Positions 23,196-32,905 of a stretch of 64,000 nucleotides of DNA are shown here, in pieces (within the stretch, counting starts at the first letter, position 1; every line of letters starts with the position of its first letter). The notes below the pieces were generated by a model. It was given only the letters and a program-made list of their open reading frames with translations, was not told the DNA's origin and made no database searches. Source of the DNA: Clostridia bacterium (GTDB lineage: Bacteria > Bacillota > Clostridia > Oscillospirales > CAG-272); assembly GCA_017935065.1 (NCBI GenBank), contig JAGBIF010000031.1, positions 302 to 64,301 on the forward strand, given 5' to 3'. Made by a program: the position numbers and the translations under genes.

Positions 23196-25352
23196 ATGGA
23201 TATTAAGGCTTTACTTTCCAAAATGACCGTTGAGGAGAAGCTTGCGCAGATGTCGCAGTTTAATTCAAATTGCCTCGACAAGGATTCCGACGGAGGCGTT
23301 ACGGGACCCGCGCGCTCACTCTCGCTCACCGAGGCGGATATTGCCGCAACGGGCTCGACGCTTAACTTTAAAGGTGCCGATGAGATGATTCGTATGCAGG
23401 ACGAGCATATGAAGCAGGACAGGCTGGGTATTCCGCTTCTCTTTATGATGGATGTAATTCACGGCTTCAGAACGATTTATCCTATCCCCCTTGGTGTAGG
23501 AGCTTCGTTTGATCCCGACCTTATGAAAAGGCTTTCCGAGATGGCGGCAAAGGAGGCGGCAGTAGGAGGCGTTCAGGTAACGTTCTCTCCTATGGTTGAC
23601 CTCGTAAGGGATGCCAGATGGGGCAGATGTATGGAAAGCACGGGTGAGGATAAATATCTTAACGGCCTTATGGCTAAGGCGGCTGTTGAGGGCTACCAGG
23701 GTGACTACTCCTCAAAGTACAATATTGCCGCGTGTGTAAAGCATTTTGCGGCGTACGGAGCGGCAGAGAGCGGACGTGATTACAACAGCGTTGATATGTC
23801 CGAGTATTCGCTCTACAACGATTATCTTCCCGCCTACAAGGTCGCAACCGACGCGGGCGTTGATATGCTTATGACCTCATTTAATCTTATAAACGGCGTT
23901 CCTTCGTCGGGTAACGAATGGCTGCTTCGCGAGGTGCTTCGCGACAGATGGGGCTTTGGCGGTATTATCATATCCGATTATAACGCCTTCCGCGAAATGA
24001 AGTCGCACGGCTTCTGTGCCGATGATTACGAGTGCGCAAGGGCGGCGTTTAAAGCAGGCACCGATATCGAAATGATGTCTAATTGCTACATAAAGTTTGG
24101 TAAGAGGCTTCTTGAGGAGGGTATCATTACCGAGGCACAGATTGACGAGTCGGTGCTCAGAATACTTGCTCTTAAGGATAAGCTCGGTATGTTTGATAAC
24201 CCCTATCGCGCGGCAAGCGCGGAGGAGGAAAAGGCTCTGTTCCTTTGCCCCGAGCACCGTGCTCTCGCAAGAGAGGGCGCGGAGAAGTCGGCTGTCCTTC
24301 TTAAAAACGAGGGTGTCCTTCCTCTCTCTGAGAGCGTGGACAGGGTTGCCGTAATAGGCCCCTTTGCCGATGTCGGAATGATAGGCTTCTGGTCCTGCCA
24401 CGGCAAGGAAAGCGAGGCGGTAAGCGCGTACAGAGGAATGTGCGATGCGCTCGGTGAGGAGCGTGTGTCTTACGCTAAGGGCTGTGACACGGCATCGAAC
24501 GCAAAAAGTGACGAGGCGCTTCTTCGTGAGGCGGTTGAGCTTGCAAGCAGGTCCTCTGCCGTAGTGCTTTGCCTCGGCGAGGAGCGCAATATGAGCGGCG
24601 AGTCCAACTCACGCGCGGACATTGGGCTTTCGGATGCGCAAAAGACTCTCGTACGCGAAATCGCGCGCGTTAATAAAAATTGTGTATCTGTTCTTTATTG
24701 CGGTAGACCTCTTGCTCTTGCGGATATAATCGACGATATGCCCGCATGCGCCGTAATGTGGCAGCCTGGAACTGAGGGTGGCTCGGCTCTTGCAAATCTT
24801 CTTCTCGGCAGATGTGACTTCACCGCAAGGCTTCCTATGTCCTTCCCCTACACCGTAGGACAGGCGCCCATATACTACAACCGCACGAGGACGGGCAGAC
24901 CTGCTCACGACGAGCACGCGATAGGCAAGATGTATAGCAGTCACTATCTTGATTGCCCGAATGGGCCGCTTTTCCCCTTCGGATACGGACTGTCCTACAC
25001 CGCGTTTGAAACAAGCGCTCCTGAGGTATCGAAGGACAGCATGAACGCTGACGGAAGCCTTACCGTTTGCGCTACCGTTACTAACAAGGGCGCGCGCGAC
25101 TCCGCGGCTCTCGTTCAGCTCTATATCCGCGACGTCGTCGCATCCAGGGTACGCCCTGTGAAGGAGCTCAAGGGCTTTGAGAGAGTTGAGCTTAAGGCAG
25201 GCGAGAGCAAGGTCGTTTCCTTTGAGATTACAAGTGATATGCTGAGCTTTAAGGATTCCTCGGACAACGATGTGCTTGAGGCAGGCGAGTTCCACGCATT
25301 CGTGGGGCTTTCCTCCGACGAGAAAAGAGCTGCCTCCTTCCGCCTCGTTTGA
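23196..25352 (+). CDS. bglX: Glycoside hydrolase family 3 beta-glucosidase (BglX-like)
   Basis: MDIKALLSKMTVEEKLAQM is the classic GH3 N-terminus, and ISDYNA and the fibronectin-like C-terminus are present. I chose the start at 23196; the track ORF begins at 23154. Confidence 0.85.
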   Translation: MDIKALLSKMTVEEKLAQMSQFNSNCLDKDSDGGVTGPARSLSLTEADIAATGSTLNFKGADEMIRMQDEHMKQDRLGIPLLFMMDVIHGFRTIYPIPLGVGASFDPDLMKRLSEMAAKEAAVGGVQVTFSPMVDLVRDARWGRCMESTGEDKYLNGLMAKAAVEGYQGDYSSKYNIAACVKHFAAYGAAESGRDYNSVDMSEYSLYNDYLPAYKVATDAGVDMLMTSFNLINGVPSSGNEWLLREVLRDRWGFGGIIISDYNAFREMKSHGFCADDYECARAAFKAGTDIEMMSNCYIKFGKRLLEEGIITEAQIDESVLRILALKDKLGMFDNPYRAASAEEEKALFLCPEHRALAREGAEKSAVLLKNEGVLPLSESVDRVAVIGPFADVGMIGFWSCHGKESEAVSAYRGMCDALGEERVSYAKGCDTASNAKSDEALLREAVELASRSSAVVLCLGEERNMSGESNSRADIGLSDAQKTLVREIARVNKNCVSVLYCGRPLALADIIDDMPACAVMWQPGTEGGSALANLLLGRCDFTARLPMSFPYTVGQAPIYYNRTRTGRPAHDEHAIGKMYSSHYLDCPNGPLFPFGYGLSYTAFETSAPEVSKDSMNADGSLTVCATVTNKGARDSAALVQLYIRDVVASRVRPVKELKGFERVELKAGESKVVSFEITSDMLSFKDSSDNDVLEAGEFHAFVGLSSDEKRAASFRLV

Positions 25353-25372
25353 TTTTTTGCTGAATAAATACC

Positions 25373-25413
25373 AAGACACCGCTTGCGATCGTTTCGCGAG
25401 CGGTGTCTTTTTT
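25373..25413 (+). terminator. Intrinsic terminator
   Basis: AAGACACCGCT ... AGCGGTGTCTT followed by TTTTG. Confidence 0.8.
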
Positions 25414-25550
25414 GCCTAATATCCCTATATGACAATAACTATTTACAAATTATGGCGTTTATACCATATATTTTGCATTGAGTGAATTGCTCCTTTATGG
25501 TATAATTTTCACAGGTGTGTTTCACCGAATTTTTAAAGAAAGGAGCTTTT

Positions 25551-26459
25551 ATGACGATAATCTCAAAAAAGAATATTATGAAGCTTATCGCGGTTATGCT
25601 GATTTTGGTTTTCAGCCTATCGCTTATGTCGATGACAAATCAGGCGGTTGATGTTGAGTTTACCAAGCGTGAGCTTAACTACTTTACACCGATTGGTGAT
25701 AAGCGAGTGAGCGCTCACCCGAAAATTTCGGTCAGCGTCGGCGGCGTGCCTCTGTCCGAGAGTGCGTATCTTATAAACGATACCACCTACGTACCGATGC
25801 GTGCCGCGGCGACCATAAGCGGTGCTACCGTTACCTTTGATGATAAGACGCGCACCGCGTACGCGAGAATGTCAGGGCTTGAGCTTTCCTGCTCGGACGG
25901 CGGATACATAGTATATGCAAACGAAAGACCTATTCTGACAAAGACACCCGCTATCATTCTTTCCGACGGCAGGATGTATCTACCTGTAAGAAGCCTCGCG
26001 AAGGCGCTCGGGCTTACTGTAACCTGGCAACCGCCACGCTCGGTTGCGCTCACAGGAAGCACAAGACCGCTTACACACGCGAGGGACTATTATAAGCAGG
26101 ACGACCTCTATTGGCTATCCCGCATCATCAACGCCGAAAGCCGCGGTGAGCCTCTGCTCGGTCAGATAGCCGTCGGCAACGTGGTGCTGAACCGAAAGGC
26201 AAGCAGGGATTTCCCGAATACCGTGTACGGCGTTATCTTTGACAGGAAGTACGGCACGCAGTTCAGCCCCACGGCTGACGGAAGCATTTACAAGACGCCT
26301 ACCTATCTCTCAACCGTAGCGGCTAAAATATGTCTCGAGGGCATATCAGTAAGCCCCGACGTGCTGTTCTTCATTGAGCCTACCAAGGCAAACTCGGCGT
26401 GGATCGTCAAGAACCGAAAATACGCCTTCACCGTCTCAAATCATTATTTCTTTTACTAG
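25551..26459 (+). CDS. SleB/CwlJ-family cell wall hydrolase with an N-terminal copper-amine-oxidase-like (stalk) domain
   Basis: Signal/TM segment, then TTYVPMRAAA...MYLPVRSLAKALGL (CuAO-N-like), then YWLSRIINAESRGEPLLGQIAVGNVVLNRKASRDFPNTVYGVIFDRKYGTQFSP (Hydrolase_2). The start at 25551 has GGAG upstream. Confidence 0.8.
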   Translation: MTIISKKNIMKLIAVMLILVFSLSLMSMTNQAVDVEFTKRELNYFTPIGDKRVSAHPKISVSVGGVPLSESAYLINDTTYVPMRAAATISGATVTFDDKTRTAYARMSGLELSCSDGGYIVYANERPILTKTPAIILSDGRMYLPVRSLAKALGLTVTWQPPRSVALTGSTRPLTHARDYYKQDDLYWLSRIINAESRGEPLLGQIAVGNVVLNRKASRDFPNTVYGVIFDRKYGTQFSPTADGSIYKTPTYLSTVAAKICLEGISVSPDVLFFIEPTKANSAWIVKNRKYAFTVSNHYFFY

Positions 26460-26522
26460 AGCTGAAGCTTATTTCTGTCTTGGTAAACGGTGTTTTGCCT
26501 ATAGCGCGCAAACCGCCTATAA

Positions 26523-26567
26523 TATACCCGCAGGGAAAAAGACTTTCCTTTGCGGGTATATTATTTT
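26523..26567 (+). terminator. Intrinsic terminator
   Basis: TATACCCGCA ... TGCGGGTATA followed by TTATTTT. Confidence 0.75.
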
Positions 26568-26579
26568 ATTATATATATC

Positions 26580-26608
26580 TTGATTTTTTCGGTCCGCGGT
26601 AGTATAAT
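26580..26608 (+). promoter_or_regulatory. Sigma-A type promoter
   Basis: TTGATT, a 17-nt spacer, then TATAAT (26603-26608). Confidence 0.55.
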
Positions 26609-26635
26609 AAAGAAAAAACAGCAGAGGTGAATAAA

Positions 26636-27187
26636 ATGACCTATAAGCTTAACGTTGCGGGCATTTCCCGCGACCTCGTACTTTGTCCTATCGGGGAGGA
26701 CCTTAATATCGGAGCCTTCATCCTATTCGGTGACGTAGAGCTTACCGAGCGCTGTGCGGAGGCACTCGCGAAACTCGCGCCCGAGCACGATGTTCTCATC
26801 ACCGCGGAGTCAAAGGGAATTCCGCTTATCCACGCGATGAGCCGTATTCTCGGTGAGAACAGATACGTTCTCGCGAGAAAGTCGGTAAAGCTCTATATGC
26901 ACGACGTTATAGAGTGTAAGACACAGTCAATAACCACCGCAAAAGAGCAAACACTCTACATAAACGGTGACGATGCCGAGTTTATGCGCGGCAAACGCGT
27001 GCTTATCGTTGACGATGTAATCAGCACGGGAGGCTCGCTCGCGTCGCTTGAGAAGCTCGTTACTATGTCGGGAGGTACTATCGCAGGCAAAATGACCATT
27101 CTTGCCGAGGGGGATGCCTGCCTGCGCGACGATATCATCTTCCTTGAGAAGCTTCCTCTGTTTAACGGGGAGGGCAAGCCGATATAA
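26636..27187 (+). CDS. Phosphoribosyltransferase family protein (adenine/purine PRT-like)
   Basis: It carries the PRPP-binding motif VLIVDDVISTGGSL. The ATG at 26636 is preceded by AGAGGTG; the track start at 26627 is a GTG. Confidence 0.7.
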   Translation: MTYKLNVAGISRDLVLCPIGEDLNIGAFILFGDVELTERCAEALAKLAPEHDVLITAESKGIPLIHAMSRILGENRYVLARKSVKLYMHDVIECKTQSITTAKEQTLYINGDDAEFMRGKRVLIVDDVISTGGSLASLEKLVTMSGGTIAGKMTILAEGDACLRDDIIFLEKLPLFNGEGKPI

Positions 27188-27254
27188 ACGGCATTTGCCA
27201 TAAGGGTAAGCATCACATTACTTTCGCGTCAGTAAAAGCATCACCAATAAACAA

Positions 27255-27291
27255 AAAAGAGCAATTCGGCCACAAGCCGATTGCTCTTTTT
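27255..27291 (+). terminator. Intrinsic terminator
   Basis: AAAGAGCAATTCGGC-CACAA-GCCGATTGCTCTTT followed by TTT. Confidence 0.8.
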
Positions 27292-27402
27292 TGTCGGCAG
27301 TGCCTTCGTAAAAAATGGATAAACTCGCGAATTTGTAAACTATTGTGTAAAATTATGTAGAAATGGGTATACTCTGTATAAAGTAAAATCGGAGGATTAC
27401 CT

Positions 27403-28173
27403 ATGAAAAGAATAGAGCTTTGCGGTGTGGATACTTCAAGCCTTAAGACCTTAAGCGAGGAGGAAAAGCGCGAGCTTTTAAGAAGAACGAGAGAGGGGGA
27501 TATGTCGGCACGCGAGGAGCTTGCGCTTGGAAATATACGCCTTGTCTTAAGCGTGATCAGGCGCTTCAGCCCAAAGAACGATACGATGGAGGACCTCTTT
27601 CAGGTAGGGTGTGTCGGGCTTCTTAAGGCTATTGATAACTTCAATCCCGAGTTTGACGTGCGCTTTTCGACCTATGCCGTTCCGATGATAATAGGCGAGA
27701 TAAGGCGCTTTCAGAGAGACAATAATTCGGTGCGAGTGTCAAGAGGCATCAGAGACCTCGCCTACCGAGCGCTTCAGGTGCGGGAGAAATTCACCGCTGA
27801 CGAGGGAAGGGAGCCGAGCTGTGCCGAGATCGCGGGTATTCTCGGTGAGCCAGAGCGCGATGTAGAGGAGGCGACCCTCGCGGTGGTAGAGCCCGTCTCG
27901 CTCTTTGACTCGGTCTACAACGACGGTGAGGACTCGGTCTACGTGATAGACCAGCTTCGTGACGAAACGCAGTCGGACGAAATTCTGATTGAGAATATAG
28001 CGCTTGCCGAGGCGATGAAGAAGCTCACAGGTCGCGAGGGAGCAATAATACGCAAGCGCTTCTACAAGGGGCGCACGCAGATGGAAATAGCCGACGAAAT
28101 AGGCATATCCCAGGCTCAGGTCTCACGGCTTGAAAAAGGTGCGATAGACAAGCTGAGAAGGTATATGAGATAG
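27403..28173 (+). CDS. sigG: Sporulation sigma factor SigG (forespore late)
   Basis: It is collinear with B. subtilis SigG as I recall it: ELCGVDTS.L, GD.SAREE...GN.RLVLSVI.RF, DLFQVGC.GL.K..DNF, FSTYAVPMIIGEIRR, NN.VRVSR..RD.AY.ALQVRE, EIGISQAQVSRLEK. Confidence 0.9.
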   Translation: MKRIELCGVDTSSLKTLSEEEKRELLRRTREGDMSAREELALGNIRLVLSVIRRFSPKNDTMEDLFQVGCVGLLKAIDNFNPEFDVRFSTYAVPMIIGEIRRFQRDNNSVRVSRGIRDLAYRALQVREKFTADEGREPSCAEIAGILGEPERDVEEATLAVVEPVSLFDSVYNDGEDSVYVIDQLRDETQSDEILIENIALAEAMKKLTGREGAIIRKRFYKGRTQMEIADEIGISQAQVSRLEKGAIDKLRRYMR

Positions 28174-28385
28174 CGGGCGATGCAAAGCTTCGCAGTGAAA
28201 TCCGCTTTGCGGATGAAGTCCACTTCGTGGATGAAGTCGCTTCGCGATGAAGTCCGACTTTGTCGGGTTAGATATGCCTCGCGTAGCGAGGCGCGATATA
28301 TTTGCATTGCAAGCAAAGCAAATTCGATATGTGCTTCGCACTCGATATATTGCTTCGCAATTCGATATGTTGACACCTCGGTGCC
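28174..28385. repeat. Composite mini-hairpin array (ATGAAGT block, then CGATAT block) directly after the sigG stop
   Basis: 28196-28269 is identical to 20400-20473. It is followed by GATAT-GCCTCGCGTAGCGAGGC-GCGATATAT-TTGCATTGCAA-...-TTCGATAT-GTGCTTCGCAC-TCGATATA-TTGCTTCGCAA-TTCGATAT-GTTGACACC. Confidence 0.8.
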
Positions 28386-28554
28386 AACGAGAAGGGTTGC
28401 ACCGATATCATGCCGAAATATTTTTTCTTTTTTTGCAATAAATCCGAGGGTTGGATTATTAATTTAATAATTATATACTGCCACGCGTTTGTTACGCTAT
28501 CTTTTTCAAAATGTGCCAAAAGCCCCGAAGTTTTTGCCAATTACCTTATTTTCC

Positions 28555-28583
28555 TTGACAAAAATTGCGTGCGGTGATATAAT
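28555..28583 (+). promoter_or_regulatory. Perfect-consensus sigma-A promoter for the polysaccharide locus
   Basis: TTGACA (28555-28560), an exactly 17-nt spacer, then TATAAT (28578-28583), 37 nt upstream of the first ATG. Confidence 0.65.
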
Positions 28584-28619
28584 TATAAAAAATATTTTAT
28601 TAATTTATTAAGGAAAGTT

Positions 28620-29816
28620 ATGGAAATCAAACCCTTTGAGAAAAAAGTCTGGCTTGCCAGCCCTACGATGCATGGCAAAGAGCTTGAATATGTACACGAG
28701 GCATACGAGACCAACTGGATGAGTACGGTCGGAAGGAATATTGACGAGCTTGAGCGCATCGCCTGTGAGCATACGGGTGCTAAGTATGCGGTTGCGCTCT
28801 CTTGCGGAACGGCGGCGCTTCACCTTGCGGTAAAGCTTGCGGGCATCGGCAGAGGAGACCGCGTGTTCTGCACCGATATGACCTTTGCGGCTACGCTTAA
28901 CTCGGTGGTGTACGAGGGGGCTGAGCCTGTGTTCATCGATACCGAATACGATACCTGGAATATGGATCCCGTTGCGCTTGAGCGTGCCTTCCGCCTCTAC
29001 CCCGACGCAAAGGCGGTTATCATAGTCAACCTCTACGGCACGCCTGCTAAGCTTGACGAGCTTTGCGAGATAGCAAACCGCTACGGCGCTGTTGTGATAG
29101 AGGATGCCGCCGAGTCGCTGGGCGCTACATATAAGGGCAGACAGACGGGCACCTTCGGTAGGTACAACGCCATTTCCTTTAACGGAAATAAGATAATCAC
29201 AGGCTCGTCGGGCGGTATGCTTCTTACCGATGATGAGGGTGCGGCAAAGCACGCGCGTAAGTGGTCCACCCAGTCGCGTGACAATGCCCCCTGGTATCAG
29301 CACACCGAGATTGGCTACAACTACCGTATGAGCAACGTTATCGCGGGTATCGCTCGCGGACAGTATGCCTACCTTGACGAGCATATCGCGAGAAAGCGTG
29401 CCATCTATCTTCGCTACCGTGAGGGTCTTGCGGGGCTTCCCGTCTGCATGAACCCCCATGACGAGGAATACAGTCTGCCTAACTTCTGGCTTTCCTGTAT
29501 GATAATAGAGCCCGAGGGCTTCGGAAAGCAGACGCGCACCGACAGCGAGGCGAGCTTCACCCACATCAGCGGCAAAAGCACCCCCACCGAGATCCTCGCC
29601 GCCCTCGCCGCCATTAATGCCGAGGGCAGACCGATATGGAAGCCTATGCATATGCAGCCTATATACAAAAACTGCGACTTCGTAAAGTCGACACAGGACG
29701 GCACCGACGTCGGCGCCGATATCTTCGAGCGCGGCCTCTGCCTGCCAAGCGACATTAAAATGACTAATGCCGAGCAGGACGTCATAATCGCCGCCATCCG
29801 CAAGTGCTTTGAGTAG
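28620..29816 (+). CDS. DegT/DnrJ/EryC1/StrS-family sugar aminotransferase (PglE/EpsN-like)
   Basis: 398 aa. It has the SPTMHG.E start, CGTAALHLA, and the NGNKIITGSSGGMLLT PLP-lysine region. The 404-aa antisense ORF is a shadow. Confidence 0.85.
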   Translation: MEIKPFEKKVWLASPTMHGKELEYVHEAYETNWMSTVGRNIDELERIACEHTGAKYAVALSCGTAALHLAVKLAGIGRGDRVFCTDMTFAATLNSVVYEGAEPVFIDTEYDTWNMDPVALERAFRLYPDAKAVIIVNLYGTPAKLDELCEIANRYGAVVIEDAAESLGATYKGRQTGTFGRYNAISFNGNKIITGSSGGMLLTDDEGAAKHARKWSTQSRDNAPWYQHTEIGYNYRMSNVIAGIARGQYAYLDEHIARKRAIYLRYREGLAGLPVCMNPHDEEYSLPNFWLSCMIIEPEGFGKQTRTDSEASFTHISGKSTPTEILAALAAINAEGRPIWKPMHMQPIYKNCDFVKSTQDGTDVGADIFERGLCLPSDIKMTNAEQDVIIAAIRKCFE

Positions 29817-29876
29817 GAACACCGAGAGACACTCGCTGTTCTCACAAGACTACTTTACATAAGGACCTTTTGCTCT

Positions 29877-30560
29877 ATGTATTCAAAATTCTTTAAGCGT
29901 CTCTTGGATTTCTTCATATCCCTGACGGCAATTCTTGTTCTGTCACCAGTCTTTGTCATACTTATGATAGCGGGTGCTATCGCTATGCGCGGTAACCCCT
30001 TCTTCACCCAGCTTCGCCCTGGTAAAATCAGCAAAAAGACGGGCGAGGAGCGCATCTTTAAGCTTATCAAATTCCGCACCATGTCCAACGCCAAGGACAA
30101 GGACGGCAGGCTTCTTCCCGACGATAAGCGCCTCAATAAATACGGCCGCTTCCTTCGTTCCACCAGCCTAGACGAGCTGCCCGAGCTCTTTAATATTCTC
30201 ATAGGTGATATGTCTATAGTGGGTCCAAGACCACTTCTCGTTGACTACCTTCCCTATTATACCGAAGAAGAGCGTCACCGCCACGACATCCGCCCCGGCC
30301 TCACAGGACTTGCACAGGTGAATGGAAGGAACGCTATTGCAAGCTGGGAAGAGCGTTTTGAATATGATATTCAGTATGTCAAGAACGTTTCGCTTTTTTT
30401 AGATATTAAAATTTTGATTTTAACGGTGTTAAAGGTTGTAAAACGCTCGGATATTCTTGTTGGAAGTGAAATAAAGGCGGGCCGTCTTGATGATGCCAGA
30501 AAGGATAAAACGCCAGATGAAAGTAACAATAAGAAGGTTTCTATCCAAGGACATAAGTAA
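29877..30560 (+). CDS. Small phosphoglycosyl (bacterial sugar) transferase, PglC/EpsL-like initiating enzyme
   Basis: 227 aa with one re-entrant N-terminal helix. It carries the motifs FKFRTM and DELPQL-like LDELPELFNILIGDMSIVGPRP. Confidence 0.85.
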   Translation: MYSKFFKRLLDFFISLTAILVLSPVFVILMIAGAIAMRGNPFFTQLRPGKISKKTGEERIFKLIKFRTMSNAKDKDGRLLPDDKRLNKYGRFLRSTSLDELPELFNILIGDMSIVGPRPLLVDYLPYYTEEERHRHDIRPGLTGLAQVNGRNAIASWEERFEYDIQYVKNVSLFLDIKILILTVLKVVKRSDILVGSEIKAGRLDDARKDKTPDESNNKKVSIQGHK

Positions 30561-31038
30561 AAAGGTTGAGTGGATAAATAATCCTGACAATAATACATAT
30601 CTTCATTACGATCTTCCCTTGGAAGAAGAGAAAACGAGGGCTTGGTTCGAAAAAAACTTTGACCGCACAGATAGATTTGATGCAGTGATTGAAGTTGATG
30701 GGGTAGCAGTCGGTCTGATTGGACTTCTAAGCATCGATAAGCGCAATCTTAAGGCCGAATTTTATATTTGTATTGGCGAGACGGGTTGTAAGGGAAAGGG
30801 CGTTGCTAAGCAATCGAGCAAGCTCTTGCTTGATTATGCGTTCAACGAACTAAAGTTAAATAAGGTGTATCTTTATACCGAGGTGGACAATATATCTGCC
30901 CAACGGCTTTTTGAGAGGGTGGGCTTTGAAAAAGAAGGATTGCTTCGTGAAGATTTGATTTATAGAGGCAGAAAGGTTGATAGATTTGTCTATGGAATTA
31001 CAAGACTACGATATGAGGAGCTTGAAAACAGGGATTGA
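30517..31038 (+). CDS. GNAT-family N-acetyltransferase
   Basis: It has a GNAT core (GKGVAKQSSKLLLDYAF...LYTEVDNISAQRLFERVGFEKEG). The start is uncertain (30487 or 30517) and overlaps the upstream gene. Confidence 0.7.
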   Translation: MKVTIRRFLSKDISKKVEWINNPDNNTYLHYDLPLEEEKTRAWFEKNFDRTDRFDAVIEVDGVAVGLIGLLSIDKRNLKAEFYICIGETGCKGKGVAKQSSKLLLDYAFNELKLNKVYLYTEVDNISAQRLFERVGFEKEGLLREDLIYRGRKVDRFVYGITRLRYEELENRD

Positions 31039-31945
31039 TCGGCTTGATAAGCCAATCGGCGGAAATGTTTTATTTGTCAAGCGCGATGATCTTATACCTT
31101 TTTCATTCGGTGGCAACAAGGCGCGCAAGGCTTTTTATTTCTTTAAAGAGATTCTTGACGGCGAGTATGATACGGTAGTGACTTACGGTGCGGGTAGCTC
31201 AAATCACTGTAGAGTAGTGGCAAATATGTCAGCAAAATACGGACTTCCTTGCTACATAGTATCACCCGAGGAAAACTATCAGAATACATTCAATTCGAGG
31301 CTTGTCGGTCTTTTTGGCGCGAAAATCATAAAAACACCCGTTGATAATGTATCTGCTTGTATAGATACGCTTATGAAGAATTTAGAGAGCGAAGGAAAGC
31401 GCCCTTACTTTATTGCGGGTGGCGGACACGGAAATCTTGGAACTCAAGCCTATGTAGATGCTTATTCAGAGATTAAAGCATTTGAGGAAGAGAGCGGAGT
31501 TAAGTTTGACTGCATATTTCACGCATCGGGTACGGGAACTACACAGGCTGGGCTTGTTTGCGGGGCCGCTCTTTGCGGTGATACAGATAAAAAAATCGTC
31601 GGTATAAGCATTGCAAGAAAATGTCCGCGAGGAAGGGATGTCGTTGTAAAAAGCATCGATGATTATCTTCAAAGCATAGATTATAAAGGAGCTATTCCCG
31701 ATATTACATTTGATGATTCGTATGTATTAGACGGTTACGGAAGGTACAATGACGATATTGTGAGTGTTGCTCGTGAGGTTATGACAAATGCTGGAATTCC
31801 CTTAAATACGACCTATACGGCAAAGGCTTTTTGGGGAATGAAGCAATATCTTGAGAGAAATAAAATCTGTGGGAAAAATATTCTGTTTATTAACACGGGT
31901 GGCGCACCGCTTTTCTTTGACGATATGATAGGAGATGACATATGA
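30977..31945 (+). CDS. Fold-type II PLP enzyme of the ACC deaminase / D-cysteine desulfhydrase family
   Basis: VKRDDLIPFSFGGNKARKAFYF contains the family PLP-lysine motif (GGNK.RK), and a glycine-rich loop HASGTGTTQAGL is present. The start is uncertain (30977, 30992 or 31013). Confidence 0.65.
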   Translation: MIDLSMELQDYDMRSLKTGIDRLDKPIGGNVLFVKRDDLIPFSFGGNKARKAFYFFKEILDGEYDTVVTYGAGSSNHCRVVANMSAKYGLPCYIVSPEENYQNTFNSRLVGLFGAKIIKTPVDNVSACIDTLMKNLESEGKRPYFIAGGGHGNLGTQAYVDAYSEIKAFEEESGVKFDCIFHASGTGTTQAGLVCGAALCGDTDKKIVGISIARKCPRGRDVVVKSIDDYLQSIDYKGAIPDITFDDSYVLDGYGRYNDDIVSVAREVMTNAGIPLNTTYTAKAFWGMKQYLERNKICGKNILFINTGGAPLFFDDMIGDDI

Positions 31946-32904
31946 ACATACTGATTTTGAGCTCAGGTACGCGTAATAAAATAATTCAGTATTTTAAAAA
32001 GACGCTTTCCTGCGGTGACAAGGTTATTGCGACCGATATGAGCCCTTATGCGCCGTCTATATATGAGGCGGACAAGTTTTACAATGTTCCCCGTATGACC
32101 GCCGAGGGCTATATTGATGTTATTTTCGATATTTGCAGGAAAGAGAATATCGACGGTGTTTTATCTCTTATTGATCCTGAGCTTTCTCTTCTTGCCGAGC
32201 ATAAGGATGACTTTGATGCGCTGGGTGTTAAGGTGATAGGCTCGACCTATGAGCTTTGCGAGATGTGCCTTGACAAGTGGCAGATGTATGAGTGGCTTGT
32301 CGCTCACAATTACAAGTGCGCAAAGAGCTATATCAGTAAGGATGCCTTTTATGCGGATGTTGAACGCGGTGTAATAAGCTATCCCGTTTTTGTTAAGCCC
32401 GTTCGCGGAAGCGCGAGCATTGCGATTTCAAAGGTATACGATAAAGAAACCATAGAACTTCTCTTTAGCAAGAGCGACGGACTTATGATACAGGAATTTC
32501 TTGACGGACAGGAAATTGGCGCTGATGTCTATATAGATATGATAAGCGGTGAGGTCGTGTCAATTTTCACAAAGAAAAAGCTTCTTATGAGAGCAGGCGA
32601 AACCGATAAGGCGGTGAGCTTTAAGGATGATAGGCTTTTCGAGCTTGTCGAGAGGTTCTCAAAAGAAGCGGGCTTTTCAGGTCAGATTGATATTGATATC
32701 TTTGATGTCGGCGGTGAGTACTATATATCCGAGGTAAACCCCCGCTTTGGCGGAGGCTACCCCCACGCATACGAGTCGGGCTGTGACCATATGAAGCTCA
32801 TCGTAAATAACCTTAGAGGTATAGCCAACGAGAAAAACATAGGCGATTACGACGAGGGAATCTATATGATGAAATACAACGAGGTAATGGTAAAGAAGGT
32901 TTAG
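31942..32904 (+). CDS. ATP-grasp ligase
   Basis: 320 aa. The pattern KPV.GS.S..I ... IQEF..G.E...D ... E.NPRFGGGYP is typical of ATP-grasp enzymes. It overlaps the upstream gene by 4 nt. Confidence 0.7.
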   Translation: MNILILSSGTRNKIIQYFKKTLSCGDKVIATDMSPYAPSIYEADKFYNVPRMTAEGYIDVIFDICRKENIDGVLSLIDPELSLLAEHKDDFDALGVKVIGSTYELCEMCLDKWQMYEWLVAHNYKCAKSYISKDAFYADVERGVISYPVFVKPVRGSASIAISKVYDKETIELLFSKSDGLMIQEFLDGQEIGADVYIDMISGEVVSIFTKKKLLMRAGETDKAVSFKDDRLFELVERFSKEAGFSGQIDIDIFDVGGEYYISEVNPRFGGGYPHAYESGCDHMKLIVNNLRGIANEKNIGDYDEGIYMMKYNEVMVKKV

Positions 32905-32905
32905 G

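Noticed and set aside
27300-27402. A SigF/SigG-type forespore promoter upstream of sigG
   Set aside because: One is expected biologically. I could not find a convincing GnATR-N18-CATnnTA match by eye, so no feature is reported.
28608-29822. 404-aa minus-strand ORF covering the whole aminotransferase gene
   Set aside because: It is exactly antisense to a plus-strand ORF with clear DegT/PLP motifs. Its own sequence is Ala/Arg/Gly/Leu-rich with no motifs. This is a typical shadow ORF of a GC-biased gene.
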